Assembly (NCBI GenBank): GCA_964639285.1 | Contig: CAZXCI010000001.1 | Coordinates: 219,757 to 283,756 of the forward strand | From: an uncultured Candidatus Saccharibacteria bacterium | Lineage (GTDB): Bacteria > Patescibacteriota > Minisyncoccia > Phycocordibacterales > XYD1-FULL-46-19 | Length of the DNA: 64,000 nucleotides | Direction of reading: 5' to 3' | Shown here: positions 37,478-45,755 of the stretch, piece after piece | Layout: every line of letters starts with the position of its first letter | Position numbering within the stretch: the first letter of the stretch is position 1 | Program-made: the position numbers and the translations under genes | Notes under the pieces: generated by a model | What the model was told of the DNA's origin: nothing | Database searches by the model: none | What the model saw: only the letters and a program-made list of their open reading frames with translations

Positions 37478-38092
37478 CTAACCCTTAAATTTCTTCAAAC
37501 CTAACCAAATTAAGGTCGCCAGAGCCAGACCCAAGACAATAACTCGAAGGTAATCGTCCATTGCCGACCAGTAACGGATAGTTCCGACAACAAAGGAAAT
37601 TAACCCGCCATAAGATAGTCCTGTCGAAATCACAATATTGGCAGATAAAAGTAAGCCAACAAGCAGAGACAATATTCCCAAAATAATTAAAACCAAGAAG
37701 ATATTGCGATTATACAAATCTCGAGCTGTTCCAAAATTCTTTTGGCAAGTGAAGAAAGTGTCGCAATAACCACTAGTGACCGGTCTCGTCTGGTCAAAAT
37801 TAACAGGGCTAGCAGGCGAAGGAATAAATTTTTCGTTAGGATTACTATTCCAAGCTCCGCCGACTTCAAGGCAGGCTTTCTCTCCCTCGGGTTGAATATT
37901 AACTTGTTTCGTCGGGCAAAAGTCTTCGAAGTTTGGTTCGTTATAAACCAGCCTCAGCGCAAAATGGAAAAACAGGTTGAGAACAATCACAATACCAATA
38001 ATCAAAGCCCACTTTAAGAGATTTTTATTATTCATATATCTTAATGGTAGCAGATTTTTACCTAAAACACACCCGCCAAACCCCCTACTCAC
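37478..38092 (-). CDS. Hypothetical membrane protein
   Basis: ORF; several hydrophobic helices. Confidence 0.4.
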   Translation of the reverse strand: MSRGFGGCVLGKNLLPLRYMNNKNLLKWALIIGIVIVLNLFFHFALRLVYNEPNFEDFCPTKQVNIQPEGEKACLEVGGAWNSNPNEKFIPSPASPVNFDQTRPVTSGYCDTFFTCQKNFGTARDLYNRNIFLVLIILGILSLLVGLLLSANIVISTGLSYGGLISFVVGTIRYWSAMDDYLRVIVLGLALATLIWLGLKKFKG

Positions 38093-38138
38093 TTTTAGCC
38101 GAGGCTCAACCTCGACTTTTGCATTACCTCTTTTCCTT

Positions 38139-38242
38139 GCCTAAATATCCAAATTATGGCAGAAATAGGGGCGGAATTTTGTTTAAAAATTTGTGTTGTT
38201 TGAAAAATCAACCCCTCTTAGAAGGGAGAAAGGGAGACTATT
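38139..38242 (+). promoter_or_regulatory. Leader/promoter region, paralog B
   Basis: Conserved blocks shared with 32341-32435. Confidence 0.5.
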
Positions 38243-38710
38243 ATGAGTACAGGGCTCGGATTTCTCGCATCACTTATCTCGCTAACGGTAGTGTTTTACG
38301 GTTTACCGATACAAATTTTAAAAAACTACCAGAACAGGAGTTGTCGAGGTCTATCTTTGGAGCTGGTCGTGGTGACGTTTTTTGCTTACTCAACCTGGTC
38401 GGCTTACGGTTTGACAAAACCAGACTGGTTTCTTTTCGCTTCGCAAACTCCAGGAGCAATATTGGCCCTTCTGATTATTCTCCAATTTGTGAGGTACGAG
38501 GATCTGGTCAGAAGAATTAAAAAAGTGGCAAGGCAAGGCTGGGAAGACTTTCGTTGTACTTGCCCCAAAGAATGCGATTGCGAGATGCCTAAACCGGATA
38601 ATTGGAAGGGAGGAGAAAGGGTGTGGCGATACAGCAACAATTGCCCCATCCACAATGAGGAACCCGAACCAGACCCAGACTGCCCAATTCATGGAGATGA
38701 ATGGGAATAA
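38243..38710 (+). CDS. PQ-loop (SemiSWEET-like) 3-TM membrane domain fused to a Cys/His-rich C-terminal tail
   Basis: LPIQILKNYQNRSCRGLSL resembles the PQ-loop motif; tail has CTCPKECDCE...CPIH...CPIH. Confidence 0.45.
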   Translation: MSTGLGFLASLISLTVVFYGLPIQILKNYQNRSCRGLSLELVVVTFFAYSTWSAYGLTKPDWFLFASQTPGAILALLIILQFVRYEDLVRRIKKVARQGWEDFRCTCPKECDCEMPKPDNWKGGERVWRYSNNCPIHNEEPEPDPDCPIHGDEWE

Positions 38711-38816
38711 TTTAACCCCGCCTATGATTACGACAAACTCGTTGTCAATTATGTGGCGGGTTTGTTGTTTATCCCGTTTAAAAGCCCCCATATCGTCTAG
38801 TAAAGAGCTAGGAAAC

Positions 38817-38845
38817 TTGACTAGTTAAAGCTACTATGATATAAT
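38817..38845 (+). promoter_or_regulatory. Consensus sigma70 promoter (TTGACT, 17-nt spacer, TATAAT)
   Basis: Hexamers at 38817-38822 and 38840-38845. Confidence 0.5.
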
Positions 38846-38851
38846 GGAAGA

Positions 38852-38905
38852 TAGGGTGGATTCAGACCAATTACCGTCAGCGCCTCCGGCGCTGACGGGA
38901 TTTTT
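38852..38905 (+). ncRNA. Candidate tiny sRNA of about 50 nt, lying between a consensus promoter and an intrinsic terminator
   Basis: Terminator ccgtcagcgcc-tcc-ggcgctgacgg-ga-ttttt at 38874-38905; there is no ORF. Confidence 0.3.
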
Positions 38906-38906
38906 C

Positions 38907-40019
38907 TTAAATCTTAAACTCAATCACATCCCCGTCTTTGACGATATATTCTTTGCCCTCAGTACGAACAAGACCTTGCTCACGTGCTTTACCATAAGAA
39001 CCGGCTTTAAGGAGATCTTGCCAATTGATAATCTCAGCTTTGATAAATTTATCATAGAAGTCGGTGTGGATAGCCGTACCAGCCACCGGAGCCGTTGAAT
39101 CTTTCTTTATCGTCCAAGCCCGGGTCTCATCTTCGCCCGTGGTGAGGAAGGTGATGAGTCCCAGCATCTTATAACTTTCTTTGATCAGGTCATTAATACC
39201 GTCATCTTCGACCCCCAACTCTTTTTTGAAGACTTCTTTATCCTCCTTTTCAAGTTCGGATAGCTCCCCCTCAATTTTGGCATCAACTATCACCCAATTC
39301 GCTTTAATCTTACCTAAATAATCAATCAATTCTTGGTTTACCCCGTTAGAAGTAGCTAATTCATTAGCGTTAGTTCTAATGGGGCCAGAGTGCTTGTTAT
39401 TTAGAACATATAGTATAGGTTTGGCCGACAAGAGATGCATCCCCTTAAGAATTTCTTCTTCCTCTTTGGTTAGGGAAACAGAATTGGCCATTTGCCCCTT
39501 TTTCAAAACTTCTTCAATTTTTACCAGAACGGCATGTTCAGCGATAGCTGTCTTGTCTCCCCGCTTCACGTCATGAGCGAGATTGGCAATTCTTTTACTC
39601 ACCGTCTGGTCATCGGCCAAGATCAATTCGAGATTGATAGTCTCAATGTCATCAATTGGGTCAATGCGATCAGAAACGTGAGTAATATTAGAATCTTCAT
39701 AAATTCTTACCACTTCAATAATAGCATCCACTTCACGGATATGGGACAAGAATTTATTTCCTAGCCCTTCGCCGGCCGAAGCTCCTTTCACCAAACCGGC
39801 AATATCTACGAATTCAATGGCCGCCGGGATTCTTTTGGCCGAATGAGAAAAATCAGCGAGAATATCAACACGCTCGTCTGGCACTGCCACAATCCCCACC
39901 GCCGGATCAATAGTACAGAAAGGGTAATTCTCCGCCGGCACCCCCTTCCGCGTCAATGCGTTAAAAAGCGTCGATTTCCCGACATTTGGCAACCCCACAA
40001 TTCCCACCGAAATATTCAT
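38907..40019 (-). CDS. ychF: Ribosome-binding ATPase YchF (Obg-family GTPase)
   Basis: GIVGLPNVGKSTLFNALT...NYPFCTIDP. Confidence 0.85.
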   Translation of the reverse strand: MNISVGIVGLPNVGKSTLFNALTRKGVPAENYPFCTIDPAVGIVAVPDERVDILADFSHSAKRIPAAIEFVDIAGLVKGASAGEGLGNKFLSHIREVDAIIEVVRIYEDSNITHVSDRIDPIDDIETINLELILADDQTVSKRIANLAHDVKRGDKTAIAEHAVLVKIEEVLKKGQMANSVSLTKEEEEILKGMHLLSAKPILYVLNNKHSGPIRTNANELATSNGVNQELIDYLGKIKANWVIVDAKIEGELSELEKEDKEVFKKELGVEDDGINDLIKESYKMLGLITFLTTGEDETRAWTIKKDSTAPVAGTAIHTDFYDKFIKAEIINWQDLLKAGSYGKAREQGLVRTEGKEYIVKDGDVIEFKI

Positions 40020-40063
40020 TCTCTGATTCTATAGAAAAATCAACAAAAAAGCGAGTTACAAAA

Positions 40064-40091
40064 TCCCGCTGGTGCGCATGCGCACCAGCGG
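40064..40091. repeat. Perfect 28-nt GC-rich palindrome cccgctggtgcgcatgcgcaccagcggg (terminator or mini-element)
   Basis: Perfect dyad symmetry. Confidence 0.5.
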
Positions 40092-40118
40092 GACACAACA
40101 TCTCTCAACAAAAAATAA

Positions 40119-41150
40119 TCATTCGATCTCAGCCTCAGGGAAAAGTTGGGAAAAAAGTTCTCTAATAACCTGAACCTCCCTTCCGTCGAGGGAATCGCGT
40201 TTGTTGTCGAAAGGTTTGACATTACCCTCTCTAACTTCACTCATGAGGTAAGCAATCCGAGAGCAGATACCCTTAACGTCGGACATTCGTTGAGGCCTCT
40301 CTTGGATTGTATATTTCTCAGTTTGACGAGAAGATTGCGATCGTTGAAAACTATCCAAGAGTAGTTCCAGCCGTTCCCGCCTAAAATATTCGGGGGAGCA
40401 AACATGAACACCTCCCTGAGATTCACACCAAATAGAATATGCGACCAAATTTTTTGAGATCGGTCTTCCAACAAGAGATGGGTCAAGGGCCTGAGAGAAA
40501 TCGGTAAGGAATTCCAGACGTTGCCTCATCCTTTCTAGGCGTTTCTCTCTTTGTTGCAGAACTTCGTTAACAGTTTTGTAAATCTCTTCCACAATGTGAA
40601 GAGAGAAGGCATAGCGAAAAAAATCGACAAGGAAAAGAGAATTTTCCTCCTCTTCCAAGATTCTCTCCATTTCTTTTCTCTCGTTTTGACCTCGGAAGAA
40701 TTCCTCTTTCCAGGTTATATCAATGTACCCTGAAAACATTTTGCTCAACCCCAAAGAATCTACTTCTACGGCAGAGCAGTACTCCTGACCAGATGGCGAC
40801 AAATTGATAACCCACTCCCCCTTACGATTAAGGCCTAAACGTAAGGAACCTCGACGATAGAGCAACATGACCCTCCTTGGCTCTAAATCTTGAGCTTCAT
40901 CGGAGCCGGGCCAATAATTAAGGGGCCGGTCAAGCCATTGGACAAAGGGGAAGAGAATTTCTAGGAACCCCTGCAAAACTTCGGGGGTTAAACAGGTTCC
41001 TCCCCTTTTTCCCACTCTTTCTGCTAGTCCCAACTGTCTCATTTTTTGAGCAATAGTTAGAACAGGGAAATCATCAGATTCTCTTTTTGTCATGACAATG
41101 ATCCTTTTCTGTTTCGAGGGCGAACCCTCATTTGAGAAAATCCATCCCAA
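40119..41150 (-). CDS. Hypothetical protein, 343 aa, in a locally GC-richer block
   Basis: ORF only. Confidence 0.45.
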   Translation of the reverse strand: MGWIFSNEGSPSKQKRIIVMTKRESDDFPVLTIAQKMRQLGLAERVGKRGGTCLTPEVLQGFLEILFPFVQWLDRPLNYWPGSDEAQDLEPRRVMLLYRRGSLRLGLNRKGEWVINLSPSGQEYCSAVEVDSLGLSKMFSGYIDITWKEEFFRGQNERKEMERILEEEENSLFLVDFFRYAFSLHIVEEIYKTVNEVLQQREKRLERMRQRLEFLTDFSQALDPSLVGRPISKNLVAYSIWCESQGGVHVCSPEYFRRERLELLLDSFQRSQSSRQTEKYTIQERPQRMSDVKGICSRIAYLMSEVREGNVKPFDNKRDSLDGREVQVIRELFSQLFPEAEIE

Positions 41151-41333
41151 TGATGGAATCTAGTCCTATTAATACCCCTAAAAATGATCTTTGTCTAGTT
41201 TGAGAATCTGCTCTGGCTAAAATTCTCAATCTGTGGTAGGAATAAGAGTAGGTTGCAGTTTATTGTTCAAACGATTGCGCTTCTGAAGACGCGTAATCGT
41301 AACAGGAATAAATTCAGGAAAGGAGGAGCCGTC

Positions 41334-41528
41334 ATGTCCAGAAAAGCAAGTTTCCATGTTACCTTGCCAAATGGTACCACTATTACTGTTAGAGCAAGTA
41401 GCCGAAGGGTTGCGATCAATACCCTGTGTGCCAAGTCAGGCTATTCGCTCCAAGAGATTAAAAGCTTTGGTGTCTATGGCTCTGGGGCCCATAGCGGTAA
41501 GAAATCTCGCAAGAAAGTCTATTGGTAG
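41334..41528 (+). CDS. Small basic hypothetical protein, 64 aa
   Basis: ATG preceded by AGGAGGAG; the upstream part of the track ORF lacks a ribosome-binding site. Confidence 0.4.
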   Translation: MSRKASFHVTLPNGTTITVRASSRRVAINTLCAKSGYSLQEIKSFGVYGSGAHSGKKSRKKVYW

Positions 41529-41566
41529 TCGTGGTAACCAGTTACCAACTGGCCGTCGTCATTACG

Positions 41567-41608
41567 GGCCCCGCCAGCACTTCAGTTTGCTGGCGGGGTT
41601 AATTTTTT
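41567..41608 (+). terminator. Intrinsic terminator (ggccccgccagca...tgctggcgggg followed by a T-run)
   Basis: 11-bp GC stem plus ttaatttttt. Confidence 0.6.
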
Positions 41609-41614
41609 ATTTAA

Positions 41615-42166
41615 TTATATTTTCTCATAACGAGCTCCGCCTTTGTCTCCAGTCCGGCGAATTCGCCCAGCCTTAATCAATTCATTAAGATAATTAGTTG
41701 CCGAGGTGTCAGAGACATGCAGAAGTTTTTCCACCATATCATTAGTGATTTGCGATTTTTTTTCGAAGAGGGTCATCAGACGGTCAAGCCTTTTCTTTTT
41801 TCGAATTTGAAAGCCAATTTTGGCTTTAGCCCGAAGCCAAGCCATGAAGCTGGCTGAAGGTTTCATTTGACTATAATCCTCAATTTTTTCTACCGATTTT
41901 GTCTCCCCTGCTGGTACCGTCACTACGACTTGCTCGGTTGAAATGATCGGTTCGTTAATAGTGGTCGGAGTAGGAGCTGGTTCTGGGACAGGTGCTGGCT
42001 CTGGAGATATCGGAGGAGTAACTGGAACTTCTGCCACAGGGGTTTCTGAGACAACCATCGGTTCGGAGATTATCTCTGGAGATACTGCTTCCGAAGTTGG
42101 AGTTACTTCTTCTAGAGTTATTGCTTCTTGAGTTTCAACTGGCTCTATTTTTTCTTCGTCTGCCAT
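41615..42166 (-). CDS. Hypothetical protein with a Pro/Glu/Val-rich linker and a C-terminal winged-helix-like domain
   Basis: ORF; low-complexity PVxEP repeats. Confidence 0.4.
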   Translation of the reverse strand: MADEEKIEPVETQEAITLEEVTPTSEAVSPEIISEPMVVSETPVAEVPVTPPISPEPAPVPEPAPTPTTINEPIISTEQVVVTVPAGETKSVEKIEDYSQMKPSASFMAWLRAKAKIGFQIRKKKRLDRLMTLFEKKSQITNDMVEKLLHVSDTSATNYLNELIKAGRIRRTGDKGGARYEKI

Positions 42167-42174
42167 AATTCTAA

Positions 42175-42402
42175 TTATTTCTTCCCAAAAATTTGGGCCA
42201 ATTCGGCTTGATACTTGGTCGTCACCGCCAAAGCAGCTTCTTGATAACCCATTTTATCCTTCTTCACCCTCTCTTCGATCTCCTCACCCAGTTTCTGGAA
42301 GAGGCCGGGGTTCTTCTTTACCACCTCCATCATTCCTTCTAATTGCGAACCATCTACCCCCATACTCTTCAATTGACGCTTAACAAAAAATTCTTTTAAC
42401 AT
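42175..42402 (-). CDS. Small hypothetical protein (75 aa after start correction; the longer track ORF overlaps the tRNA)
   Basis: ORF. Confidence 0.3.
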   Translation of the reverse strand: MLKEFFVKRQLKSMGVDGSQLEGMMEVVKKNPGLFQKLGEEIEERVKKDKMGYQEAALAVTTKYQAELAQIFGKK

Positions 42403-42485
42403 AAGTTTTGATTTTAAAGATGTTAAGTAATAATTTAAAATCTTAAGTAATACCGTGCTCGCACTGCGAAGCTTCAGCGAAGCAG

Positions 42486-42559
42486 TGGACCGCACCGGGA
42501 TCGAACCGGTTACCTCCCGCTTGCAAAGCGGGTGCTCTAGCCAGATGAGCTAGCGGCCC
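42486..42559 (-). tRNA. tRNA-Ala (anticodon TGC)
   Basis: Cloverleaf GGGCCGC...CCCGC-TTTGCAA-GCGGG...TTCGATC...GCGGTCC-A; Ala-identity G3:U70 pair present. Confidence 0.85.
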
Positions 42560-42605
42560 AACAATCGTAATTAAACCAAATTTTGGGGTAAAAAGGAAGG
42601 AAAAG

Positions 42606-43151
42606 CTATACCCGCCAATTTTCAATTTGTTCTCTAAGCAACAAAATATTGTCAGTGGATTCTTTAATCATTCCCAAAGATGGGCCGTCGGAAAAACCAA
42701 CATACTCTACACTTTTACCCCTAGTCTTGACATAACGAATTGCGGGGATTAGATCCGTATCAGAACTGACGATAATCGCCGTATCATAATTATTCTCGAC
42801 AGCGCCAATCACAAGATCTATCGCAATCTGAACATCAACACCTTTTTCTCTAATTTTATTATCATAGACAACTCGGCCCCGTTTAATTTCAAACCCCTCG
42901 TTTTCCAAACCGCTCAAAAGCTTCTGTTGGCTTTCTACCATCTTTTGACTTTTATCACTTTGATCATAATTCCTTACAATACCAATATAATAATTTTTAG
43001 ACGCAATTCCCCTTTCCCTGGCCAAAAATTGGCAAAATTTAGAGTAATCAAATCTTGTCCCTTTCGGAATGAGATTACCATGGCGAATTTTTCGGAAAAA
43101 ATTCCCACCGTCAATAAATATTGCTACACACTTTTCTTTTTGATCATCCAT
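42606..43151 (-). CDS. NYN-domain (LabA-like) putative RNase
   Basis: IFIDGGNF...DVQIAIDL...SSDTDLIPAI. Confidence 0.65.
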   Translation of the reverse strand: MDDQKEKCVAIFIDGGNFFRKIRHGNLIPKGTRFDYSKFCQFLARERGIASKNYYIGIVRNYDQSDKSQKMVESQQKLLSGLENEGFEIKRGRVVYDNKIREKGVDVQIAIDLVIGAVENNYDTAIIVSSDTDLIPAIRYVKTRGKSVEYVGFSDGPSLGMIKESTDNILLLREQIENWRV

Positions 43152-43261
43152 AAATCAAAAGTATTATATCGCAAATTTTTGATAACCAAAACCGCCCTTA
43201 CTCTTACGAGCAGGGGCGGTGAGGTTAATGTCTTAAATTATAGACCTATTGTCTGAGAAGT

Positions 43262-43310
43262 CAAGGGGCCTTGCCGGGATCGAACCGGCCACCTTTCCTG
43301 TGCAGTCGTA
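43262..43310 (-). pseudogene. tRNA 3'-half remnant (anticodon TGC region to acceptor 3' end) fused to a copy of the upstream flank of tRNA-Ala(TGC)
   Basis: TGCAC-AGGAA-AGGTG-GCCGG-TTCGATC-CCGGC-AAGGCCC-C parses as tRNA positions 34-73; the adjacent 35 nt at 43311-43345 are nearly identical to 42560-42600. Confidence 0.5.
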
Positions 43311-43367
43311 ATTAAACCAAATTTTGGGGCAAAAAGGAAGGTAGATAAGATTTCTCCTCTGCTAAAC

Positions 43368-43397
43368 TTGACAATTCATGCCATTTAGGTGTATAAT
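43368..43397 (+). promoter_or_regulatory. Consensus sigma70 promoter (TTGACA, 18-nt spacer, TATAAT)
   Basis: Hexamers at 43368-43373 and 43392-43397; followed by a GAGAGGAG Shine-Dalgarno sequence. Confidence 0.55.
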
Positions 43398-43464
43398 AAT
43401 AGAGTATCTGAACACAATAAAATTAAATACACCTAGAAACCACAAAAACGAGAGGAGATGAATA

Positions 43465-43836
43465 ATGACCGAAAAGCTTAAGGACGGGTACATTTTGTAC
43501 CAACCTAAGAACCACAAGGTTCTTGTGGTCGATCATTTTGAGGTTTGGGTGGGACTTCCCCTGGACCTCGAGTTCTACGATGCTAGGGCTCGAAATCCGC
43601 GGTATATTGGTCTAAGGGCCGAGACAGACCAAGCTTATGCATGGGTCGATCCAGGAGCCGTGCCTATTATCAAGGCCGACCCAAAGACCTTACTCTTGGC
43701 TCTCGGAAAGAGGACAAGTAAGAGAATGGAGTTCTACTCCGTTTTCATCCCCTCTCAAGAAGACCCGGTCGCTTTCGCGAAGAGTTTCGCGGAAGAGAAA
43801 CTAAGGAGCCTTTACCGGGGAAGAGGCCATCATTAA
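43465..43836 (+). CDS. Hypothetical protein, 123 aa, GC-richer than its surroundings
   Basis: ORF with a consensus promoter and a strong Shine-Dalgarno sequence; roughly 50% GC in a roughly 40% GC context. Confidence 0.5.
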   Translation: MTEKLKDGYILYQPKNHKVLVVDHFEVWVGLPLDLEFYDARARNPRYIGLRAETDQAYAWVDPGAVPIIKADPKTLLLALGKRTSKRMEFYSVFIPSQEDPVAFAKSFAEEKLRSLYRGRGHH

Positions 43837-43906
43837 GAGCCCCCCCCTATCAAGAATCCCGCAAAGGGCGACATCAATGAAAGATGCCGCCCTTTATTTA
43901 TATTTG

Positions 43907-43979
43907 TGGACCATACCGGAATCGAACCGGTCACCTCTCCCATGCCATGGGAGCGCTCTACCAAATGAGCTAATGGCCC
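43907..43979 (-). tRNA. tRNA-Ala (anticodon GGC)
   Basis: GGGCCAT...CTCCC-ATGGCAT-GGGAG...TTCGATT...ATGGTCC-A; G3:U70 present. Confidence 0.85.
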
Positions 43980-44040
43980 TTTGTTAATTTATCTCATCTT
44001 TCAAAAATCTTCTCCCCGCTGAACTTTTTAAATACAACGT

Positions 44041-44110
44041 AAGGCGGGCGCTCCCCGCCCGACTGAACGATTTCAGTCGTTCGGGCGGGTACCAAATGAG
44101 CTAATGGCCC
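44041..44110 (-). pseudogene. Partial duplicate of the tRNA-Ala(GGC) 5' end (21 nt identical), interrupted by a 36-nt GC-rich hairpin
   Basis: GGGCCATTAGCTCATTTGGTA + cccgcccgaacgactgaaatcgttcagtcgggcggg + GAGCGC... Confidence 0.45.
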
Positions 44111-44151
44111 TTACGCCCGTTATATTACCAAACTTTCCTCCCTTTGTGAAG

Positions 44152-44184
44152 TAAAATAAAACCCCCAAACTGGGGGTTTTATTT
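44152..44184. terminator. Bidirectional intrinsic terminator (aaaacccccaaactgggggtttt)
   Basis: Perfect hairpin flanked by A-runs and T-runs. Confidence 0.6.
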
Positions 44185-44199
44185 TACGATCGCTAGTCT

Positions 44200-45525
44200 T
44201 TACCAAAACTTCCAGAACGGTTTCTTCGCTGGTGAGCTCGAAGCCGTTGAGGTCGAAGGAATTTCTTCGCCAGTGACAGGATCCACAATCCCCGTCCCCG
44301 CTGTTGGAGCTTTTGTCCCCAAGACTTGAGAAGCCTGTGGATGCTTAAGCTCATAAATCTTAATGGCAAAGTGATTTTTTCTTTTCTTCAGAAGGCGCAA
44401 CCTCTTTTCTACCGGTGTTAAATTTGACCTGTCTCTAACCTGAGAAGAAATCTTCTCTGTCGAGGTCCCCAAAACTTGACCCAAAACTAGGTTAACTGAT
44501 CCGTTCGGTCCCCAACCTGGAGCAAAACCACTACTATGACTACCCGAACTTGGGGCTTCAATCTTTACTTCTCCACCTTGGGCAACCTCCTGATTACCAA
44601 CATAATCAATACCGTAAACTTTTAGCAAATAGGTGCCGGGTGTTGTTAGGGTAAAGGGCCCAGCATAAACAGTATAATTAGCCCCGTCATCGGTTGAATA
44701 ATAAATTTTATCAAGACCACTTTCGCTATCGACACTATCCAAGGTGACAACAACGCTATTGGTCGTAGGAGTGCCAAAGGAATAAGGGGCTGAACCAGAC
44801 TCAGCACTGATGGTCGTCACAGGGGCTGTCGCATCAACAGTTACTGCCTGATCACCACTTTGTGAATGTTGAAAGTTGTCGTAAGCCTGAACAATAATCT
44901 TTGTAATCATCTGATCTGAAGTGTCAACATCATTGAGGGTACAACTTGTTACCGTAGAACCCCAATAACTAACAGTCCCATTGTCATAACCAAACTCGCA
45001 GTCTCTAATCCCGGTTCCGGCATCAGAAACGTCCACACTTAAGTCCGAAGAAACTCCAATATAAGTTGTCGATCCTACAATCCGACTTGGAGTAACAGTA
45101 ATGGCTCCAACAACGGGAACGTCATTATCGACAATAATCGTCTTGCTAGTGTCAGTGGCCGTAGTACTCGCACTAGTGTAGACAACCTGCACAGTATAAG
45201 TCCCATCAGCAACGAAATTATTAGAGGAATCCTTCCCGTTCCAAACCCGAGAAAAAGTACTAGAAGCGGCAACATTGTAAAAATGTTTAATCGCAACGTC
45301 AGAGCTGTTGCGGAGATACATATCAATATCAACCGGACCTGAGAACTCAAGATCAATACTTGCACTTTTTGCAAGAAGCCCGGAAGTGTCCTCAGGAGCA
45401 ATGACAGGATTATCAATAGTGAAGACATCCAAGGTCGCCGGAGTGATCGCGCTAGCCGGTAAAGCCAAGAAGAAAAGTCCTAAAATCAAGCTGAGCTTGA
45501 GACTAAATAAAAGTTTTTTATCCAT
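44200..45525 (-). CDS. Secreted or cell-surface Thr/Ser-rich protein with a signal peptide
   Basis: Signal peptide LSLILGLFFLALPASA; repetitive Thr/Ser/Val-rich, beta-rich composition. Confidence 0.5.
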   Translation of the reverse strand: MDKKLLFSLKLSLILGLFFLALPASAITPATLDVFTIDNPVIAPEDTSGLLAKSASIDLEFSGPVDIDMYLRNSSDVAIKHFYNVAASSTFSRVWNGKDSSNNFVADGTYTVQVVYTSASTTATDTSKTIIVDNDVPVVGAITVTPSRIVGSTTYIGVSSDLSVDVSDAGTGIRDCEFGYDNGTVSYWGSTVTSCTLNDVDTSDQMITKIIVQAYDNFQHSQSGDQAVTVDATAPVTTISAESGSAPYSFGTPTTNSVVVTLDSVDSESGLDKIYYSTDDGANYTVYAGPFTLTTPGTYLLKVYGIDYVGNQEVAQGGEVKIEAPSSGSHSSGFAPGWGPNGSVNLVLGQVLGTSTEKISSQVRDRSNLTPVEKRLRLLKKRKNHFAIKIYELKHPQASQVLGTKAPTAGTGIVDPVTGEEIPSTSTASSSPAKKPFWKFW

Positions 45526-45755
45526 AAATATCTATAAAGATTAATAATTAAAAATACCAATAATTTATTCTATATAACTACCTTAACTAGGATTAAAGTC
45601 AAGATATCTCTGGAGAGGAAAAAGATGAGAAAACAGTCATTCTAAAAGACAAAAATGCCTGTCCAATAGAAAAGCCCCGAGTTAAGGGATTTTACAGAAA
45701 CCAAAAATCCCCCAGCAAAGCTGAGAGAGCAAAAAAACTGTGGATAACTCTATAT

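Noticed and set aside
42403-42495. N-terminal extension of ORF 42175-42495
   Set aside because: It overlaps tRNA-Ala(TGC) on the same strand. An internal Met at 42402 gives a non-overlapping gene
43262-43310. Functional permuted or split tRNA formed by the 3' fragment at 43262 and the 5' fragment at 44088
   Set aside because: The two fragments derive from different tRNAs (TGC-type versus GGC-type), their acceptor arms would mispair at A6/A67, and the G3:U70 Ala identity would be lost. Interpreted as scars
45075-45428. 117-aa ORF inside the secreted-protein gene
   Set aside because: Alternative frame within a longer, better-supported ORF on the same strand
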